NCBI GenBank assembly: GCA_900541185.1
Contig: UQIQ01000001.1
Coordinates: 6,921-70,920, forward strand
DNA: 64,000 nucleotides
Source of the DNA: an uncultured Collinsella sp.
GTDB lineage: Bacteria; Actinomycetota; Coriobacteriia; Coriobacteriales; Coriobacteriaceae
Direction: 5' to 3'
Under the pieces are notes generated by a model, which ran no database searches, had not been told where the DNA came from, and worked only from the letters and a program-made list of their open reading frames with translations. This document shows, piece by piece, positions 55,241 to 64,000 of this stretch. Made by a program: the position numbers and the translations under genes. The first letter of the stretch is position 1. Every line of letters starts with the position of its first letter.

Positions 55241-56182
55241 ATGTCAGAATTCATTAGGCCTCAGGTTCAGGTCGAAGAGATCAACGAGACGTCTGCTCGT
55301 GTCTCCGTCGAGCCGCTCGAGCGTGGTTACGGCGATACGCTGGGTAACTCCCTTCGTCGCGTTCTTCTGTCCTCGCTCGAGGGTGCCGCCGTCGAGGCTA
55401 TTCAGATCGATGGTGCGCAGCACGAGTTCATGACCATCCCTAACATGGTCGAGGATGTCACCGACATCGTCCTGAATGTCAAGGGTCTTGTCTTCAGGGC
55501 TCTCGGCACGACCGACGAGGCGACCGCCACCATCTCGGTTGACGGCCCCTGCGAGGTCACCGGTGCGGACTTCTTTATTCCGTCCGAGTTTGAGCTGGTC
55601 AACCCCGAGCAGCACATCGCTACGCTCACCGAGGGTGGCCATCTCACCATGAGCATGCGCATCGGCTATGGCCGCGGCTATGTTTCTGGCGAGGCCAACA
55701 AGCGCGATAACGATCCCATCGGTGTGATCCATGTCGACTCGCTGTACTCGCCGGTTTCCCGTTGCGCCAAGCTCGTTGAGGCTTGTCGTGTCGGTCAGCA
55801 CACCGACTACGACCGCCTTGTCCTCGAGATCGAGACCAACGGCTCCATCGCCCCGCGCGACGCCGTGGTCCAGGCTGCCAATATCATCAACCAGCATATG
55901 GCCGCCTTTATGAACCTTGCCGAGACCCCCGAGGTCGAGGAGGAGGCTTCGATCTTCGCTCCCGAGGTCACCAACGACAACGCCGAGCTGGACAAGCAGA
56001 TCGAGGATCTGGACCTTTCCGTCCGTTCCTACAACTGCCTTAAGCGCGCCAGCATTCACTCGGTCCGTCAGCTCGTTGAGTTCTCGGAGAACGATCTGCT
56101 CAACATCCGTAACTTCGGTGTTAAGTCGATCGAGGAAGTGAAGGACAAGCTTGAGTCCATGGGCCTGAGCCTGAAGGCTTAA
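55241..56182 (+). CDS. rpoA: DNA-directed RNA polymerase subunit alpha
   Basis: GYGDTLGNSLRRVLLSS N-terminal domain. C-terminal domain with LDLSVRSYNCLKRASI. Confidence 0.97.
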   Translation: MSEFIRPQVQVEEINETSARVSVEPLERGYGDTLGNSLRRVLLSSLEGAAVEAIQIDGAQHEFMTIPNMVEDVTDIVLNVKGLVFRALGTTDEATATISVDGPCEVTGADFFIPSEFELVNPEQHIATLTEGGHLTMSMRIGYGRGYVSGEANKRDNDPIGVIHVDSLYSPVSRCAKLVEACRVGQHTDYDRLVLEIETNGSIAPRDAVVQAANIINQHMAAFMNLAETPEVEEEASIFAPEVTNDNAELDKQIEDLDLSVRSYNCLKRASIHSVRQLVEFSENDLLNIRNFGVKSIEEVKDKLESMGLSLKA

Positions 56183-56212
56183 TGCTTCGCATATTTGAGG
56201 AGAAACTAGACC

Positions 56213-56680
56213 ATGCGTCACAACGTTAAGAAGGGCCTGAAGCTCGGCACCGATGCGAGCCACACCAAGGCCATGAAGAAGAGCCTTGCTAAGGCCCTCT
56301 TCGAGAACGACCGCATCAAGACCACCGAGACCCGCGCTAAGGCGCTGCGTTCGGTCGTCGACCCGATCATCACTTGGGCCAAGAAGGGCGACCTGCACTC
56401 TCGTCGTCTGGCTATCGCCAAGCTCGGCGATAAGCAGCTCGTTGCCGAGATCTTCGACAAGGCTGCCCAGGGCATGTGGCAGGACCGCAACGGCGGTTAC
56501 ACCCGCATCATGAAGCTCGGTAACCGTAAGGGCGACAACGCTCCCATCGTTATCATGGAGCTCGTCACCGAGCCTTGCACGCCTAAGGCCAAGAAGGCTG
56601 CTCCGGCCCCTAAGAAGGCCGCTGCTCCCAAGAAGGTCGAGGCTGTCGAGGAGGCTCCTGCTGAGGAGACCGCTGAGTAG
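56213..56680 (+). CDS. rplQ: 50S ribosomal protein L17 (with Ala/Lys/Pro-rich C-terminal tail)
   Basis: MRHNVKKGLKLGTDASH N-terminus; operon position. Confidence 0.95.
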   Translation: MRHNVKKGLKLGTDASHTKAMKKSLAKALFENDRIKTTETRAKALRSVVDPIITWAKKGDLHSRRLAIAKLGDKQLVAEIFDKAAQGMWQDRNGGYTRIMKLGNRKGDNAPIVIMELVTEPCTPKAKKAAPAPKKAAAPKKVEAVEEAPAEETAE

Positions 56681-56706
56681 ACATTCCGTCTGCATAGGCT
56701 ATATTC

Positions 56707-56737
56707 GAGGGGTACGTTCGCGTACCCCTCTTTTTTT
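56707..56737 (+). terminator. Intrinsic terminator after rplQ
   Basis: GAGGGGTACG-ttcg-CGTACCCCTC followed by TTTTTTT. Confidence 0.9.
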
Positions 56738-56772
56738 GTCGCGATACCGTTACTTGTTTGTTGGGAGCGCCC

Positions 56773-57597
56773 ATGACTGCGCCGTCTGATTTCAATTCGA
56801 TTTCCGAGCTTGACGCCACGCTCGTATTTCGCGTGGCCTATGATGGCTCGTCGTATAGCGGATTTGCCGAGCAGCCGGGACAGACGACGGTTGCGGGTGA
56901 GCTGCGTCGAGCCATCGAGACGCTGCTTCGCCGTCCGATCGATCTGACGTGCGCAGGTCGTACCGATGCCGGCGTGCATGCCGTGGCACAGTATATCAGC
57001 GTGCCCGTAACGGACGCTGAGCTCGCCCTTACGCGCCGTAGGTGGCTGCGGGCTATGGATGCCCTGCTGCCTAAAGATATCGCCATAAACGAGGTCTACA
57101 GGGCCCGTAAGGGCTTTTCTGCACGCTTTGACGCGCGTTCCCGTACGTATACGTACCGTATTGCCGATCGCGATGCGCGCCCCGTGCTGTCCCGTGGTGC
57201 CGTGTGGTGGCATCGCTATCCCTTGGACGTCGAGGCCATGTCTGCGGCCTGTCCCGCGCTTTTGGGTGAGCAGGACTTTAAGAGCTTTTGCAAGGTCGCC
57301 TCTGCCGTGGGCAAACCTACGCTTCGCTGCGTGATGCGTGCCGAGTTTGGCCATGAGGTTGCGTTTGGCGAGGACATCCTGACGTTTACCATCGAGGGCA
57401 ATGCGTTTCTGCATTCGATGGTCCGCACGATCGTGGGCACGCTTGTCGAGATTGGCATGCATCGCCGTAAACCCGAGTGGATGCGCGAGGTCATCGATGC
57501 TTGCGACCGTACCGCTGCGGGCCCCACGGCTCCTGCCTGCGGCCTTACGTTTATGGGCGTGGATTACGATCCCGTCGAGCTTGTCGTGCTCGACTAG
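56773..57597 (+). CDS. truA: tRNA pseudouridine(38-40) synthase TruA
   Basis: VAYDGSSYSGFAEQPG...AGRTDAGVHA catalytic Asp motif. ATG at 56773 after a GGGAG RBS. Confidence 0.92.
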   Translation: MTAPSDFNSISELDATLVFRVAYDGSSYSGFAEQPGQTTVAGELRRAIETLLRRPIDLTCAGRTDAGVHAVAQYISVPVTDAELALTRRRWLRAMDALLPKDIAINEVYRARKGFSARFDARSRTYTYRIADRDARPVLSRGAVWWHRYPLDVEAMSAACPALLGEQDFKSFCKVASAVGKPTLRCVMRAEFGHEVAFGEDILTFTIEGNAFLHSMVRTIVGTLVEIGMHRRKPEWMREVIDACDRTAAGPTAPACGLTFMGVDYDPVELVVLD

Positions 57598-57757
57598 GGG
57601 GGGCTCGACGCGTCGTGCGTCGACACCCGTCATCTGTGGGCTGCGCGTGTGCAACATCTGTTCTTGGCGTGCAATACAACCGGTGTCTCATTGCTTTTAT
57701 TGCCGGGGTGTACCATGAACCACGATTTGATTCATTGCTGTCGAGAGGACGGATAAC

Positions 57758-58798
57758 TTGGTTCGACGTGGCTCGCATCCGCGACTTTCGGTGATCCTTG
57801 TGGTAGAAGGTTCGCCCAGCTATGCGATGCGTGCGCTCGAGAGTATCCAGAACCAAGACCTCTACGATTTGCAGATTGTCGTTGTCTGCCGCGATGCTGC
57901 GCCCGGTGTGCGCCATTCGCTTCAAGTTGCTGCCGACAGGGACATCCATATTGATTTGATTGACGTCGAGGACGTGAAGCGCGGCGCTTGTCTTCGTGCC
58001 GGTTTTGATGCCTCGCGCGGCTCTCAAATCATCGCCATGAACGCCGATGAGTGGTTTGCTCCGCAGGCCCTTTCCAAGATGGTCGATATCGCGTGCGATA
58101 CTGCGGCAGACATTGTGCTCCCCTCGGTGTCGCTCGATCGATACGATGCGCATCGCGAGCGTCATTCGCGCGTCTTGGATGCTGCCTCTATTGCCATAGA
58201 AGACGAGTCTTCTATGGTGACTGAGCTGCCCCAGTTGATTTTGGGCGGCCTAGTCGCTCAGGCCTCTGGCGTGATGTATAGCCGTCCGCTGTTTGAGGCA
58301 TGCCTGTCGCGCGGCAAGGCGTACCGTACGGTTGAGTTTATGGCTTATGCGCTCTCGCAGGCACGATTCGTGTCCGGCTGCGGCGACGCTTGTTTCCACG
58401 CGGTGGCACCTAAGCTTACAGATGCCTTTGATCCCACCATGTTTGCCAGGATATCCGATGACACTCGAGCACTCGACGAGCTTGCGGACTCACTCTCGGA
58501 AGCAGATAGCGGTGGTCGGCTCAAGCTGGCAAGCCAAAAGTTCTACTTTGCCGGACTGGTCGCCTGCATCGAGAATTTGTGTCTGAGCCCGCATGGAGTG
58601 TCGTCAATCGAGCGTTCCGCCCGCATGCGTGATATGCTCGAGGCGCCTCGAACCCGTCAGATGGTCGCCGCGCTCAAGGATAACCATCGGGGACTTGGTC
58701 TGTTGTTTGGGCCGATCGCCAGCGCCAAGCCCGCGCGCTGCGTGATGTGTACGCATCTGGCAGCTTTTCTTAACCGGACGGGCGTAAAAACCGCCTAA
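57758..58798 (+). CDS. Glycosyltransferase family 2-like protein
   Basis: N-terminal LSVILVVEGSPSYAMRALESIQNQDLYDLQIVVV is GT-A/GT2-like. TTG start. The C-terminal half is unassigned. Confidence 0.6.
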   Translation: MVRRGSHPRLSVILVVEGSPSYAMRALESIQNQDLYDLQIVVVCRDAAPGVRHSLQVAADRDIHIDLIDVEDVKRGACLRAGFDASRGSQIIAMNADEWFAPQALSKMVDIACDTAADIVLPSVSLDRYDAHRERHSRVLDAASIAIEDESSMVTELPQLILGGLVAQASGVMYSRPLFEACLSRGKAYRTVEFMAYALSQARFVSGCGDACFHAVAPKLTDAFDPTMFARISDDTRALDELADSLSEADSGGRLKLASQKFYFAGLVACIENLCLSPHGVSSIERSARMRDMLEAPRTRQMVAALKDNHRGLGLLFGPIASAKPARCVMCTHLAAFLNRTGVKTA

Positions 58799-58804
58799 AC
58801 GGCT

Positions 58805-58842
58805 CATTTCGAAACAAATTTGCATAGAATTGTTTCGAAATG
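58805..58842. promoter_or_regulatory. 13-bp-arm perfect inverted repeat upstream of argR (operator or terminator hairpin)
   Basis: CATTTCGAAACAA-N12-TTGTTTCGAAATG. Lies 7 nt after the GT2 stop and about 90 nt before the argR ATG. Confidence 0.4.
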
Positions 58843-58930
58843 CGTTCTTATACACAAAAGCCTTCAAATAGCGTTAAACTATTCAATCACTGATTGATTG
58901 TCTCCGCCATCTTTTGGAGAGAGGGTTTGT

Positions 58931-59368
58931 ATGGCTAAAAAACGCAATGGGCGCCAGGATGCCATTAGAGATATTGTGCGCAATAAGGATGTCCGCACGC
59001 AGCGCGTGCTGGTCGATGAGCTCCGCGCTATGGGCTTTGATTGCACGCAGGCGACTGTCTCTCGCGATATTGCCGATATGGGGCTGCGTAAGCTCCCTGA
59101 GGGCATCTATGTTCTGGCAGAGGACCTGCACCTGCAGCGTATGGTTTCCGAGCTCGTAACGGGCGTTCTGCGCACCGATAATCTGGTTATGATCAAGGCT
59201 CAGCCTGGCACGGCTTCCGGCATCGCCGCCGCCGTTGATGCGGCAGAGCTGCCTGATGTGCTTGGCTCGCTTGCCGGCAACGATACGATTTTGGTTATTG
59301 CCCAGACGGCCGAGGACGGCGAGCGTCTCGAGGCGCTGATCAATAAGCTGAGCAATTCTCGCAAGTAG
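58931..59368 (+). CDS. argR: Arginine repressor ArgR
   Basis: RQDAIRDIVRNKDVRTQRVLVDELRAMGFDCTQATVSRDIADMGL winged-helix domain. C-terminal GTIAGDDTILVI-like motif (GSLAGNDTILVI). Confidence 0.9.
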   Translation: MAKKRNGRQDAIRDIVRNKDVRTQRVLVDELRAMGFDCTQATVSRDIADMGLRKLPEGIYVLAEDLHLQRMVSELVTGVLRTDNLVMIKAQPGTASGIAAAVDAAELPDVLGSLAGNDTILVIAQTAEDGERLEALINKLSNSRK

Positions 59369-59419
59369 GCGTGCGGGTCGTGCGCTCGGCCCTGCGCGCG
59401 CTGACATAGTTGCCTGTAA

Positions 59420-59453
59420 GGGGGTATCGACGATGGTCGGTACCCCCTTTTTG
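59420..59453 (+). terminator. Intrinsic terminator after argR
   Basis: GGGGGTA...TACCCCC followed by TTTTTG. Confidence 0.75.
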
Positions 59454-59493
59454 TTTGCCGGTATAAAGACCGCCTGCCAGGTCGCTTTAAACT

Positions 59494-59532
59494 AAAAGGC
59501 CCCCGAGCAGTTGAATAAGCTGTTCGGGGGCC
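59494..59532 (-). terminator. Intrinsic terminator after the PBP gene (minus strand)
   Basis: GGCCCCCGAGCAG-N8-CTGTTCGGGGGCC with a T-run on the minus strand (plus-strand AAAA at 59494-59497). Confidence 0.75.
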
Positions 59533-59556
59533 TTGTTGCTTATGGCCGGATGATTT

Positions 59557-61758
59557 CTAGCCGACCGTATCGTCAGGCGTGGGCGAGGGGTCGGGAGTGG
59601 GCGTGGGCGTAGGCGTGCCGCCATCGCCGCCGGTCGAACCACCGGTGGAGCCGCCCGTCGAGCCACCGGTCGTACCGGTGCCGCCGGTGGTGTCGCCGCC
59701 CGTGGTCTCGGTGGTCGTGGTCGTCGTGGTAGTCGTTGTAGTGGTGGTTTCCTCTTCGTCCTCGTTCTCGTCCTTGTCCTTGTCGTCGTTCTCCGTCTTC
59801 TTGGTGTTGTTGGTGCCGTAGAACTTCCAGACGCTGTTGTTCTTATAGGTGGGCGCCGTTCCGGTCGCAAACTCCTCGCGCTCGGTACCGGTCAGAACGG
59901 TGCTCATAAACCGCTTAAAGACAGGCAGGTTGGTGCTGTCGCCCAGCAGGTCTGTGCCGTATTTTTGGATGGGGATCTCGCCCGCGGAATAGCCGGTCCA
60001 CAGGGCGCACGCCAGCTGCGGGGTATAGCCGCAGAACCACAGGTTGGTGGTGTTGTCGGTGGTGCCCGTTTTGCCGGCATAGGGCTGGTTGACGCTCAGG
60101 GCACCGGCAGCACCCGTACCGCTTCCCTGCATGACGCCGGACAGAACATCGGTGACCGCGGCGGCCTCGCCCTCGGTAAGCACCTGTGAGGGATTGTCGG
60201 TGTGCTGGTACAGCACCGAACCGGTACGAGAGTCAATCTCGGTGATGGCGATCGGCTGGCGATAGTAGCCGCCGTTGGCAAACGTCGCGTAGGCGGCGGC
60301 CATCTCGAGCGGCGAGATCGAGCCGGTGCCGAGGGTCATGACGGGAACGTCCTCGATGTTGTCCTTGGCGGGATCGATGCCGAGCTTTTTGACGAGCGAG
60401 ATGATCTTGCTGTTGCCGACGGCTTCCGCCACCTGGATGTAGCCGGTGTTGGAGGAGTATGCCGTTGCCTGCTTAAGCGTGATGTTGCCATAGCTATGGT
60501 TGGCGTAGTTTTGGACCTCGGTCGTGGTGCCCTTGGCCTTGAGCGGCGAGTTGCAGTTGAGGGTGACGTTGGGGTTCATGCCGTTTTGGATGGCAGTTGC
60601 CAGCGTAAAGGCCTTAAAGGTGGAGCCGACGGGACGCTTGGCCGTGGCATGGTTTACGTGGTTCTCGTCGGCGTTGTAGTCGTAGCCGCCCACCATGCAC
60701 TTGATGTAGCCGGTCTTGGGATCGACGACGACCATGCCCATGTCCAGGCCGTCGAGCGAGAGCGTGTCGAGCTGCTCACGAACGGCATTCTCTGCCACCT
60801 GCTGCATCGTGGGGTCGATGGTGGTCTTGACGGTCAGGCCGCCCTTAAAGAGCACGTCGGTCGAGAACTCCTGCTCCAGCAGCTGCTTAACATAGGCGAC
60901 AAAGTAGGGCTGCGAGTATACGTCTACGCCGCTGCCCGAAATCTCGGTCACGTTGAGGGTGATGGGCTCGGCCTGTGCGGCATCGTGTTCCTCCTGCGTA
61001 ATGTGGCCCAGGCGCAACATGTTGTCGAGGACCTTGTTGCGACGGGACAGCGCCAGGTCGGGGTTGACCGTGGGGTCGTACTGCGAGGGCGAGTTGGGAA
61101 GGCCGATCAATAGTGCGGCTTCGCTCAGGGTGAGGTCGGCGGCGCTCTTGGACAGATAGGTCTCGGCGGCGGCCTCGATGCCGTAGGCGCCGTGGCCGTA
61201 ATAGATGGTGTTGAGGTACATCATGAGGATCTCGTCTTTGGAGTACATGTCCTCCATCTTGACGGCGATGTAGGCCTCGCGCACCTTACGCTCGATGGTC
61301 GAGTCGAACTGCTCCTCCTGCAGGATGGTGTTGCGCACCAGCTGCTGGGTGATAGTCGAGGCGCCTTCGTGCCCGCCGCCGAGGGTTGCCACCGCAGCAC
61401 GCGCGATACCCCACAGGTCGATACCGCCGTGCTCGTAGAAGCGCTCGTCCTCGACGTCAACGGTGCCCTGCAGCACGTAGGGGGAGACCTCGTCCTTGGT
61501 GATGGACTTGCGGTTTTGCGTGTAGAAGCTCGCGATCTTGTTGCCGTTGCAGTCGACGATCTCGGTGGGCTCGCTCACCAGATACGCGTTGGCGTCGGTG
61601 TAGTCGGGCAGATCGGACAGCCAGCGGTTGACGTTGCCGACCATGCCGATGCCAAATGCCACGCCCGCGATAAGCAAAAAGCCCAAAAACGAGAGCAGGA
61701 TTATGGGCAGAGCATGCGTCTTTGAACGGCTGCGTCCCTGTCGTTGGCGAGGACCCAT
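59557..61758 (-). CDS. Class A penicillin-binding protein (transglycosylase + transpeptidase) with a low-complexity C-terminal tail
   Basis: GT51 motifs EDERFYEHGGID and GASTITQQL. Transpeptidase motifs STFK, SSN and KTGT. N-terminal TM anchor. ATG at 61758 with a GGAGG RBS. Poly-Thr/Gly-Ser-Thr tail. Confidence 0.9.
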   Translation of the reverse strand: MGPRQRQGRSRSKTHALPIILLSFLGFLLIAGVAFGIGMVGNVNRWLSDLPDYTDANAYLVSEPTEIVDCNGNKIASFYTQNRKSITKDEVSPYVLQGTVDVEDERFYEHGGIDLWGIARAAVATLGGGHEGASTITQQLVRNTILQEEQFDSTIERKVREAYIAVKMEDMYSKDEILMMYLNTIYYGHGAYGIEAAAETYLSKSAADLTLSEAALLIGLPNSPSQYDPTVNPDLALSRRNKVLDNMLRLGHITQEEHDAAQAEPITLNVTEISGSGVDVYSQPYFVAYVKQLLEQEFSTDVLFKGGLTVKTTIDPTMQQVAENAVREQLDTLSLDGLDMGMVVVDPKTGYIKCMVGGYDYNADENHVNHATAKRPVGSTFKAFTLATAIQNGMNPNVTLNCNSPLKAKGTTTEVQNYANHSYGNITLKQATAYSSNTGYIQVAEAVGNSKIISLVKKLGIDPAKDNIEDVPVMTLGTGSISPLEMAAAYATFANGGYYRQPIAITEIDSRTGSVLYQHTDNPSQVLTEGEAAAVTDVLSGVMQGSGTGAAGALSVNQPYAGKTGTTDNTTNLWFCGYTPQLACALWTGYSAGEIPIQKYGTDLLGDSTNLPVFKRFMSTVLTGTEREEFATGTAPTYKNNSVWKFYGTNNTKKTENDDKDKDENEDEEETTTTTTTTTTTTTETTGGDTTGGTGTTGGSTGGSTGGSTGGDGGTPTPTPTPDPSPTPDDTVG

Positions 61759-61920
61759 ATATTGACCTCCAGGTATGTCGTGCCGGACGGTGGATGTGCC
61801 GTCGGGGCAGGATGGACATAAGTTATTACACGATAAACCAAACGGGGCGCGTGAGGCCTCGTGTATGCTGGAAGACGGCATTTTTCAGAGTGAATGCATA
61901 CCTTGGTAAGGAGTTTGCCG

Positions 61921-63879
61921 ATGGCGATTCGGGCGATGGGGCCGAGCGGACAATACGAGACTGGATTGGATGCTGCCGGTGCGGCGCTGCCCGAGCTGCT
62001 GGCGCCGGCGGGCGGGCTCGACCAGATGCTTGCGGCCATCGCCGCGGGTGCCGATGCCATCTATGCGGGGTTGGGCGGCTTTAACGCCCGCGTGAGCGCG
62101 CATGGTTTTACGGATGACGAGTTTGCGCGCGGTTGTGCCGTGGCGCATGCTCATGGCGTGCGTGTGTACGTAACGCTCAACGTGTTCGTGTTTGACGATG
62201 AGCTGTCCGACGCGGTGGCGCTGGGAGCTCATGCACTGGAGCTGGGCGCCGATGCTCTGATTGTGGCCGATGCCGGGTTGGCCTGCGCGCTGCGCGCGGC
62301 GATTCCCGGGGTCGAGATTCACCTGTCCACGCAGGCGGGCGCTCATAGCGAGGGTGCCGTGCGGCTTGCCGCCGACGAGCTGGGGGTCGAGCGCGTGACG
62401 ACGGCACGCGAGCTGACGGTCGACGAGATTGCGGCGCTATGTGCCACGGGCGTGCCCATCGAGGTATTCTGCCACGGTGCGATTTGCATCGGCTATTCGG
62501 GGGCGTGCGAGTTCTCGGCCCTGCGGCGTGGGCGCTCGGCGATGCGCGGCGACTGCACACAGCCGTGCCGTCTGGCGTACGACCTAGTGGACGAGGCGGG
62601 GCAGAGTGTTGTTGCTGTCGAGGGAGATCGCCTGCTGTGCCCGCGCGACTATCTGGGTATTGCGCATCTGCCCGAGCTTGTAGATGCCGGCGTGGCGTCG
62701 CTCAAGATCGAGGGGCGCATGAAGAACCCCGATTACGTATTCAACGTGGTGCGGGTGTGGCGCCGGGCACTCGATATGCTGTGCGACGGCGCGTGGGACC
62801 CCGGTGCCGTGGAAGAGCTTGAGCGCGAGTTGGGAAGGTCGTTTAACCGTGGGTTTACCGATGCGTACCTGCGAGGGCGTTCGGGTGCCGAGCTGATGAG
62901 CTTTGAGCGCGCAATTAACCAGGGCGTGCGCGTGGGGCGCTTGGTCGCTGTGGGCCACGAAGAGGTGACCGTTGAGCTCGACGCCGCCGTGGCGGCGGGT
63001 GACACGCTCGAGATTCGGTTCTATCCGGGTGTCGACGCGCGTCCCGATGTGCCCAAGCGCTGGCCGCAGGTGCCCTGTCCGGTGGATGCCGCAGCGGGGA
63101 AGCGCGTCGTCGTGCATTGCAAGCGTAAGGTGGACGCGGGCTGCGAGGTTTACCTGATTCGCAGCGCCGGCGTGTTGGATCAGACGGCGGCGGTGTTGGA
63201 GCGCATGCGGGCCGAGGCGGATGCGATTGCGCCCGTTGCGCGTGCCGTTGAGGTGCTGCCCTTTGAGGACGTTGCGGTGGATGGCGGTGCGTCGACGGAG
63301 TTGGTGGAGTGCGCGGTTCCCACTCGCATGGTTTTTGCTTGGCAGCTGATGGATGCCGACCCGCGCGGAGAACTCGATTTGTCCGACGCCGTTGTGGTGC
63401 TTGACGAGGTGTGCCGCACGGGTGACGCTGACCGGACCCGCTCACTGATGCAGCGTGCCGGGCGCGTCGTCTGCCGCAACCTGGGACAGGTGGTGATCGC
63501 TCGCGAGCTGGGCGTGACGTTTGACGTGGCGGCGCCGGTGTTCTGCGCGAATCGGGCCACGCTTGCCTGGCTGCGCGAACTCGGTGCGGGGCGGGTGTAC
63601 TTGCCGGCCGAGTTGCTCGGCAATGATGCGGAGCGTATTGCCGAACTAGCTGCTGAACCCGGCGTCTTGGGTCCGGTCGACGCCGACCGTCCCGAGCTTA
63701 TGGTGTGCGAGCACTGCCTGCTGACCGCCGAGGACGTCTGCGCCACCGATGCGACGGGACAGGTCCGTTGCCGCGACTGCTTGCGTCGTCGGCAGGTAGG
63801 CTATCTGGTCGAGCGTGACGGTACACGTCTGCCAGTTGCCATCGACGCATGCGGCAGGACGAGGATTTTCCTGTCGTAG
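61921..63879 (+). CDS. Peptidase U32 family protein, long form (652 aa), paralogue of 12370-14862
   Basis: PELLAPAGG...GADAIYAG N-terminus. Cys cluster CIGYSGACEFS...RSAMRGDCTQPCR. AAGGAG RBS 7 nt before the ATG at 61921. Confidence 0.8.
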   Translation: MAIRAMGPSGQYETGLDAAGAALPELLAPAGGLDQMLAAIAAGADAIYAGLGGFNARVSAHGFTDDEFARGCAVAHAHGVRVYVTLNVFVFDDELSDAVALGAHALELGADALIVADAGLACALRAAIPGVEIHLSTQAGAHSEGAVRLAADELGVERVTTARELTVDEIAALCATGVPIEVFCHGAICIGYSGACEFSALRRGRSAMRGDCTQPCRLAYDLVDEAGQSVVAVEGDRLLCPRDYLGIAHLPELVDAGVASLKIEGRMKNPDYVFNVVRVWRRALDMLCDGAWDPGAVEELERELGRSFNRGFTDAYLRGRSGAELMSFERAINQGVRVGRLVAVGHEEVTVELDAAVAAGDTLEIRFYPGVDARPDVPKRWPQVPCPVDAAAGKRVVVHCKRKVDAGCEVYLIRSAGVLDQTAAVLERMRAEADAIAPVARAVEVLPFEDVAVDGGASTELVECAVPTRMVFAWQLMDADPRGELDLSDAVVVLDEVCRTGDADRTRSLMQRAGRVVCRNLGQVVIARELGVTFDVAAPVFCANRATLAWLRELGAGRVYLPAELLGNDAERIAELAAEPGVLGPVDADRPELMVCEHCLLTAEDVCATDATGQVRCRDCLRRRQVGYLVERDGTRLPVAIDACGRTRIFLS

Positions 63880-63975
63880 GTGCCGCGTCGCGCCAGTTTG
63901 TTATCATATGAGAGTTTATGGACTTCCAGCACCGCCGTTTTCGGCGAGGGTGCTATAGCAAAAGGAGGATACCCA

Positions 63976-64000
63976 ATGCTGTCTGTTGACGAGCAAATGC
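63976..64000 (+). CDS. Start of an unidentified CDS running off the window
   Basis: AAAGGAGGA RBS followed by ATG (MLSVDEQM...). Only 8 codons are visible. Confidence 0.3.

Overview
High-GC Gram-positive chromosome segment. It is probably an Actinomycetota or Coriobacteriia-like gut anaerobe; this is inferred from protein style only, with no rRNA in the window. The backbone is the S10-spc-alpha ribosomal superoperon: rplC to rplX at 3.6-9.4 kb, and rplE to rplQ-truA at 46.8-57.6 kb. The backbone is unusual in three ways. (1) rpsJ is absent upstream of rplC, and a 135-bp palindrome with perfect 34-bp arms sits there instead. (2) A 179-bp spacer between rplW and rplB carries a 27-nt motif that is also present in the rplC leader. 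(3) rplX and rplE are separated by a 37.4-kb block that has no integrase, transposase or tRNA. That block holds a Gfo/Idh/MocA-DeoR pair, a U32-RluA pair, RidA, and a two-part gene set for a selenium-dependent molybdenum hydroxylase / anaerobic purine (urate) catabolism system. One part is permease-ssnA-ygfK-ferredoxin-xdhD; the other is dpaL(ygeX)-ygeY-ygeW-mocA-hyuA, yqeC, yqeB-like, xdhC-like. Each part sits next to a divergent YheO-like regulator. A 10.5-kb accessory segment is nested between the two parts. Its most striking content is three same-orientation arrays of a strictly 62-bp-periodic minisatellite whose unit is itself palindromic. The arrays bracket two divergent genes: an AbiEi-N/PD-(D/E)xK-like protein and a DUF234-type AAA ATPase. 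Next come a DEDD exonuclease, an orphan 411-aa protein, a three-repeat sortase-anchored surface protein, a small Cys-rich protein and a Pro-rich membrane protein. Two copies of a 67-bp palindromic element flank yqeC-yqeB-xdhC. The right end of the window holds a GT2 glycosyltransferase, argR, a class A PBP and a second long U32 paralogue. No rRNA, tRNA, CRISPR or clear mobile-element genes were seen. Many long antisense ORFs in the supplied track are high-GC artefacts.
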